Source: Clostridia bacterium
GTDB lineage: Bacteria > Bacillota > Clostridia > TANB77 > CAG-508
NCBI GenBank assembly: GCA_045643205.1
Contig: JAZUKI010000004.1
Coordinates: forward strand, 8,331-72,330
DNA: 64,000 nt
Reading direction: 5' to 3'
Shown here in pieces: positions 59,644 to 64,000 of the stretch. The position numbers and the translations under genes were made by a program. Under the pieces are notes generated by a model. The model was not told the DNA's origin and ran no database searches. It saw only the letters and a list, made by a program, of their open reading frames with translations. Numbering within the stretch: position 1 is the stretch's first letter; each line of letters opens with the position of its first letter.

Positions 59644-61833
59644 TTGAGAAGTAAAATATTTTTAATTTTAAATATGTTAATTACTTTAATCATTGTTTTA
59701 ATCATTACTTGTTTAGGTAATGATTGTTTAGCATATTCAAAATTAGAAATATTTGAATCTTCTAAAGTAGCTGAAGCTTATCAAAGTGGAAAAAAATATC
59801 TTTTCAGAATTAAACAAAATGATGGAACATATAGTTATTATGAACGCGCTGAAGATTTCCAAGCATGGCAATATCCACCTATTGAAGCAAATCCATCTAA
59901 TTATTACGATGAATTAACCATAGAATTTTTACAACCAGAATGCCAATTAACATCATCAATTACTACTTATTATAATTATCCATTACATTTTGTAACAGCA
60001 CCTGTATCTGATTCTGATTATGGATATCAAGGAACACCAGGAACTAGTGCAGTTATAAAAAGAGCTAATAGCTATACCGGAAACATGTTTACAACAACAA
60101 ATGGAGAATTAACGTTTGAAAACTTAGTTATTGATGGTGGCTGGCAAGACAATAGAAAAGGAACAGCAACTGGAGGAGCATTAATTAATAATGATGGAGC
60201 TGCATTAGTTACATTAACAAATGTGATTTTAAGAAATAATAATAATACAACTAGTGAAGGTGGAGCTATAAGAGCATGTGGCGATAATGAATTTGAATTT
60301 AATAATGTTCAAATCACAAATTGCCAAGCAAGCAATGGAGGAGCTATATATTGTACTAATACAACAGCTACTTATAATAACGTAACAGTTACAAATTGTT
60401 GTGCAACAGGATCAGGAAATCAAATAGCAAGTGCTATTTATAGTTCACCATCAGATTATTCATACTATAATAGATTTAATGGATTAACAATAACAGAATG
60501 TTCAGCTATAAATGCGACAGGTTCAGGTTCTGCATTCTTTGTAAATAGCCAAGGAAATTATATTGTTTCTAATACAGCTAGTGGTGCCCCAGGTTTAGTT
60601 ATAACTAATAATTATAGTTCAGGAGATAAAGCTGGTTTTGCAATTGTAAGAGGATCATGGTATCCAAAAATTGAAATATATGGGGACATGGTAATAGATA
60701 ACAACTATACAGGATGTAGCTTTAATAAAAATAATAAAGCAACTAAAAAAGGTGATGAGGTCAACCTTTTCATCCAAAAAGAAGCAGAAGATCAAACATT
60801 AGTTACATTTCACTATAGTCCTACAAGTAATAGTAAAGTAGGTGTTGTAACTGCTTATACTATCCAAGGAACAAGTAATTATAAAACAGAAGATGCAGCT
60901 ACAAAAGAAGCAACAATATTTGCAAATGCAGATAATAGCATAACAGGTTTAGAAAATTACTTTTATGATGGAAACACATCAATTACAGGTAAAACAGATG
61001 GAAGCGGTCATGCTGTTTTTGAAGGAGATTCATCTTTATCACCATTAGGAAGAGTAATTATAAAATATATTGATTACGATGCAGGAACTGCAACAGCTAT
61101 AAATAGTATTTCAGGACCAATCGAGTATGTAAAAGATGGCCAATCAACTACTGAATACAATGTAAATTATACAAATGGAACAACAATAGAAAGAATTGTT
61201 GATCCTAATACAAATATCAATGTATATTTATATTGGATACCAGACGGAGTAACTGTAAGTTATACTTTATCAGCAGGTGCAACCTCAACATTTACAGTTA
61301 ATCAAGCAAATGGCGGTAGAGTATCAGGACAATTAAATCCTAGAGAAACAATAACAATACTTTATGAACATGGAACAAAACCAGCTGGTAACAAAACTTC
61401 AGACTTAACATTTAAACATGTAGACTCAGGAAACTATGCAGATAAAACAAAGAAACATAGTTACAGAGTAGTATATACTTTAAATGGAGAATCGAAAAAT
61501 GAAGTATACGAATTAGCAGATGGCGAAACTCAAAAAATCACAATAGATCAAGGTACAACATATACAATTTCATTAGATGAGACATCAGATGGAAATTATG
61601 GTATTACTTATACAATGCCTAGTGGAAACACAGCTAATCCAACAGTAAGCTCAGCAAATGTATCAATTTCAGGAACTATAGATGCTGATGGAGAAGGTCA
61701 GGTAACATTTACACATACATTGAATAAAGCAGTAGAGACAGGCTTTACAGACAATATTCCAATGATTTGTATGCTTAGTGGAATAGTTATAATATCGCTA
61801 TTATTAGTAAAGAAATTTAAGATAAAAGATTAG
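59644..61833 (+). CDS. Large secreted adhesin-like protein with parallel beta-helix (PbH1-type) repeats and C-terminal sorting-like signal
   Basis: 729 aa. Signal peptide. Repeated N-x-T/GGAI-type segments (TSEGGAIRACGDNEFEFNNVQITNCQASNGGAIYCTN...). C-terminus AVETGFTDNIPMICMLSGIVIISLLLV + KKFKIKD. TTG start after AGGAGA. Confidence 0.5.
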   Translation: MRSKIFLILNMLITLIIVLIITCLGNDCLAYSKLEIFESSKVAEAYQSGKKYLFRIKQNDGTYSYYERAEDFQAWQYPPIEANPSNYYDELTIEFLQPECQLTSSITTYYNYPLHFVTAPVSDSDYGYQGTPGTSAVIKRANSYTGNMFTTTNGELTFENLVIDGGWQDNRKGTATGGALINNDGAALVTLTNVILRNNNNTTSEGGAIRACGDNEFEFNNVQITNCQASNGGAIYCTNTTATYNNVTVTNCCATGSGNQIASAIYSSPSDYSYYNRFNGLTITECSAINATGSGSAFFVNSQGNYIVSNTASGAPGLVITNNYSSGDKAGFAIVRGSWYPKIEIYGDMVIDNNYTGCSFNKNNKATKKGDEVNLFIQKEAEDQTLVTFHYSPTSNSKVGVVTAYTIQGTSNYKTEDAATKEATIFANADNSITGLENYFYDGNTSITGKTDGSGHAVFEGDSSLSPLGRVIIKYIDYDAGTATAINSISGPIEYVKDGQSTTEYNVNYTNGTTIERIVDPNTNINVYLYWIPDGVTVSYTLSAGATSTFTVNQANGGRVSGQLNPRETITILYEHGTKPAGNKTSDLTFKHVDSGNYADKTKKHSYRVVYTLNGESKNEVYELADGETQKITIDQGTTYTISLDETSDGNYGITYTMPSGNTANPTVSSANVSISGTIDADGEGQVTFTHTLNKAVETGFTDNIPMICMLSGIVIISLLLVKKFKIKD

Positions 61834-61924
61834 TGTTAACATAATTGAAAAAAGTAAGCTTTTATGCTAAAATAAGTACGTATTAAACCTTATAATTATA
61901 ATAATATTCTTAGGAGGTTATATT

Positions 61925-62527
61925 ATGGAAAAATATAAGTACACAGAAGAAGATTTAGATCTTGTTTCTTGGGAAAGAGTAGATGAGTTCATTAATAAAA
62001 TTTATAATGAAGTTTCAGAATATCTTACAAAAAACAAATTAAGTATTAAGTATATTGTTCCAATTTTAAGAGGTGGTGGAATTCCAGCAATAAAACTTTC
62101 ACACATGTTTGATGCAGTAAATCTATTACCAATTCAATTAAAATATAATACAAGCAATAATTTAATTGAAAAGAAAATCTCTTTAGATGATTATGAAAAT
62201 ATTAAAGAATTAAATGACAATGAGGTTATATTATTAGTAGAAGGAAATCATTGTACAGGAAGAACTTCTAATATTGCATGTAAGAGCATTAAAGAAAAGT
62301 TTGGCGACAATGTTAAAGTTATATATGTTTCTCTAACAAGAGATTATACATATAAAGATTCAGTTGAAGGAACAGTTTTTGATACATGGGCATTAACAAC
62401 AAATGAATCTAAAAGATTAAGCAAAGAAGAATGCGATAAATTAAATATTAACTATCATAAAGTTTCAGTTTATCCTTGGGAAAATGCCAAGGAAGAACTT
62501 GAGGAATTAAATGAATATGATGCCTAA
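61925..62527 (+). CDS. Phosphoribosyltransferase-fold protein (type I PRTase-like)
   Basis: 200 aa. VPILRGGGIPA and VILLVEGNHCTGRT resemble PRTase PRPP-binding loops. RBS AGGAGG. Confidence 0.45.
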   Translation: MEKYKYTEEDLDLVSWERVDEFINKIYNEVSEYLTKNKLSIKYIVPILRGGGIPAIKLSHMFDAVNLLPIQLKYNTSNNLIEKKISLDDYENIKELNDNEVILLVEGNHCTGRTSNIACKSIKEKFGDNVKVIYVSLTRDYTYKDSVEGTVFDTWALTTNESKRLSKEECDKLNINYHKVSVYPWENAKEELEELNEYDA

Positions 62528-62540
62528 GTTTAGGCTTTTA

Positions 62541-62570
62541 AAGGGCAAAATATTTTGCCCTTTTATTTTT
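62541..62570 (+). terminator. Rho-independent terminator
   Basis: AAGGGCAAAA-ta-TTTTGCCCTT is a 10-bp stem followed by TTATTTTT. Confidence 0.65.
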
Positions 62571-62610
62571 GTAAAAATAAAAGGTAGTATAAAGAAGGAA
62601 TAATTAAGAA

Positions 62611-63234
62611 ATGTTAGAAAAAATTAAAAGCTTATCAAATCAAGAAATATTAGAAAAGATTAGAAGCTTATCAAATCAAGAAAAAAGAGAATTAAGTTAT
62701 GAAACATTAAGTGGAATAATAAATAAACTAACACCTGATGAAATTATAGAACTAAGCAATATAATTGGATATCCTGTTTTTACTAGACTTTGCATGAATG
62801 AATTAAAACATAAATTTGTTCTATTACAAGATGGTGCAGCTGCAATTATAGTAAATGATAAAGGAAAAATATTACTTCAATCAAGAACAGATAATGAAAG
62901 ATGGGGACTTCCAGGTGGATGCCAAGAATTAGGAGAAAGATTTGAAGAAACTATTATTAGAGAAGTAAAAGAAGAAACAAATCTAGACATAACAGAAGAA
63001 AATTTAGAGTTGATTGGAATTGTTTCAGGCAATACAAGAAGAAAGTCATATCCTAATGGAGATGTAGTAATTAATAATACAATTCTATATTGCGTAAAGA
63101 ATTATTCTGGTGAAGTAAAGTGGGATAGTGAATCTAAAGAAATGAAATTTTTTGATTTAGATAATTTACCAGAAAATCAACATGATCCTGATTTGGTAGA
63201 AGCATATATTAAATACATAAATAAGAAAGCATAA
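62611..63234 (+). CDS. NUDIX hydrolase
   Basis: 207 aa. Nudix box GLPGGCQELGERFEETIIREVKEETNL (GX5EX7REUXEEXGU). Confidence 0.75.
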   Translation: MLEKIKSLSNQEILEKIRSLSNQEKRELSYETLSGIINKLTPDEIIELSNIIGYPVFTRLCMNELKHKFVLLQDGAAAIIVNDKGKILLQSRTDNERWGLPGGCQELGERFEETIIREVKEETNLDITEENLELIGIVSGNTRRKSYPNGDVVINNTILYCVKNYSGEVKWDSESKEMKFFDLDNLPENQHDPDLVEAYIKYINKKA

Positions 63235-63243
63235 GGAGTTTTT

Positions 63244-63828
63244 ATGACAGCTAACGAACTATATAAAATATTACTTGAAGACAAGCCAAGTAAAGCAATC
63301 AAAGAAAATGAAGAAGAAATTTTTAAGTTAATACCAATATTAGAAACATGTAAAGGATTTGATCAAAATAATTCAGAGTGGCATATATATGATGTATATG
63401 AACATATATTACATGTAGTAGATGGAGTCCCAAAAGATTTAGAATTAAGACTAGCAGCATTATTTCATGATGTTGGAAAACCAAGTCATTATCAAGAAGA
63501 TGAAAAAGGCGTAGGTCATTTTTATGGACATTGGGAAACTTCACAAGAAGAATTTGAAAAGTTTGCTAGCGAATATAATATTCAAGGCAAAATAAGAGAA
63601 CTAACATCAAATTTAATTTTTTATCATGACAAAAGTCTTGCTAGAATGACAGAGGATGAATTAAAAAACATACGCAAAACTTTTGGAAAAGATGGAATTA
63701 GAAAACTATATACATTAAAGAGAGCTGACACATTAGCACAAAATCCAAAACATTATGATCGACTAGATATTATAAATAATCAGGAAATGAATATTTTATC
63801 AAGCTTTCCAGAAGAAATAGAGAGATAA
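63244..63828 (+). CDS. HD-domain phosphohydrolase-like protein
   Basis: 194 aa. H...HDVGKP...GH...D is the HD motif pattern. Confidence 0.6.
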   Translation: MTANELYKILLEDKPSKAIKENEEEIFKLIPILETCKGFDQNNSEWHIYDVYEHILHVVDGVPKDLELRLAALFHDVGKPSHYQEDEKGVGHFYGHWETSQEEFEKFASEYNIQGKIRELTSNLIFYHDKSLARMTEDELKNIRKTFGKDGIRKLYTLKRADTLAQNPKHYDRLDIINNQEMNILSSFPEEIER

Positions 63829-63851
63829 GAAATTAGCAATAGGAGAAATAA

Positions 63852-64000
63852 ATGTATATAAAGGATTACTTAGAACAATTTAAAGATAAAAAAATAAAAT
63901 TGTATATTGATATGGATGGAGTTATTGTTGATTACATTTTAGGTGAAGCAAGAGATTACGATAAAAAGAGACCATTAGTTGATAGTATTAAAAAATTAGA
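63852..64000 (+). CDS. HAD-superfamily protein, 5' end only (possibly a 5'(3')-deoxyribonucleotidase-like enzyme), truncated by the window
   Basis: MYIKDY...KLYIDMDGVIVDY carries the DxDGV HAD motif I. RBS AGGAGAAAT. Confidence 0.4.
   Translation, partial: MYIKDYLEQFKDKKIKLYIDMDGVIVDYILGEARDYDKKRPLVDSIKKL

Noticed and set aside
1-64000. Search for CRISPR arrays, rRNA and tRNA genes.
   Set aside because: I found no regularly spaced direct repeats. No intergenic gap is long or GC-rich enough to hold a tRNA or rRNA; the largest gaps (13543-13850, 48410-48562 and 8115-8282) are AT-rich and have no cloverleaf-like stems.
1-64000. Possibility that TGA is read as Trp (Mollicutes-type code), given the very low GC and Asn-rich proteins.
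   Set aside because: Long ORFs such as polA, recD2 and the 799-aa protein are intact under the standard code with normal-looking ends. Strong Bacillota-type RBSs and cell-wall-dependent sortase/teichoic-type genes also argue against a wall-less Mollicute.

Overview
This 64-kb window is AT-rich and almost entirely coding, with strong GGAGG-type ribosome-binding sites, frequent Asn/Lys/Glu-rich low-complexity tails and the standard genetic code (long ORFs are intact, so TGA is not being read as Trp). It most likely comes from a low-GC Gram-positive bacterium (Bacillota; a Clostridia or Erysipelotrichia-like lineage is a guess). Nearly all genes lie on the + strand. Housekeeping genes are murC, spoVG, uppP, deoD, recD2, comFC, ruvB, queH, dtd and polA. 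Three accessory blocks stand out:

1. **Tad/Flp-like pilus locus (1–10.5 kb).** It contains two degenerate ParA/MinD-like (TadZ/CpaE-like) proteins, a membrane-anchored CpaF/TadA-family secretion ATPase, and a large polytopic protein that looks like a fused TadB/TadC platform. Six paralogous pilin-like proteins follow, four of which share an unusual N-terminus, M(D)ENASxxLxMxGGxLIA. No canonical Flp gene or prepilin peptidase is visible. A membrane-anchored transglutaminase-like protein sits immediately downstream. This is the best candidate here for an undescribed system.

2. **Cell-wall glycopolymer locus (19.4–34.1 kb).** It encodes several GT2 and GT4 glycosyltransferases, a TagGH/Wzm-Wzt-like ABC exporter, a GtrB-like GT2 paired with a GT-C transferase, a WecA/TagO-family initiating transferase and an FAD oxidoreductase. 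Downstream are a QueH–GNAT fusion, a sugar-transfer-type ATP-grasp protein, a CotH kinase-family protein, large unknown proteins, an acyl-CoA ligase and an MFS-like transporter.

3. **Sortase-dependent pilus island (56.2–61.8 kb).** Its arrangement resembles the streptococcal FCT region: two pilin-like proteins with non-canonical xTG sorting signals, a signal-peptidase-I homologue with the catalytic Lys position substituted (SipA/LepA-like), a class B sortase and a 729-aa beta-helix adhesin.

Smaller curiosities:
- murC carries a roughly 150-aa Cys/His/Glu-rich and then Asn/Tyr/His-rich C-terminal extension encoded over an (ATT)n-like microsatellite.
- A Fic toxin, a small upstream ORF and an HExxH protein form an islet between dtd and polA.

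I recognised no rRNA, tRNA or CRISPR array.
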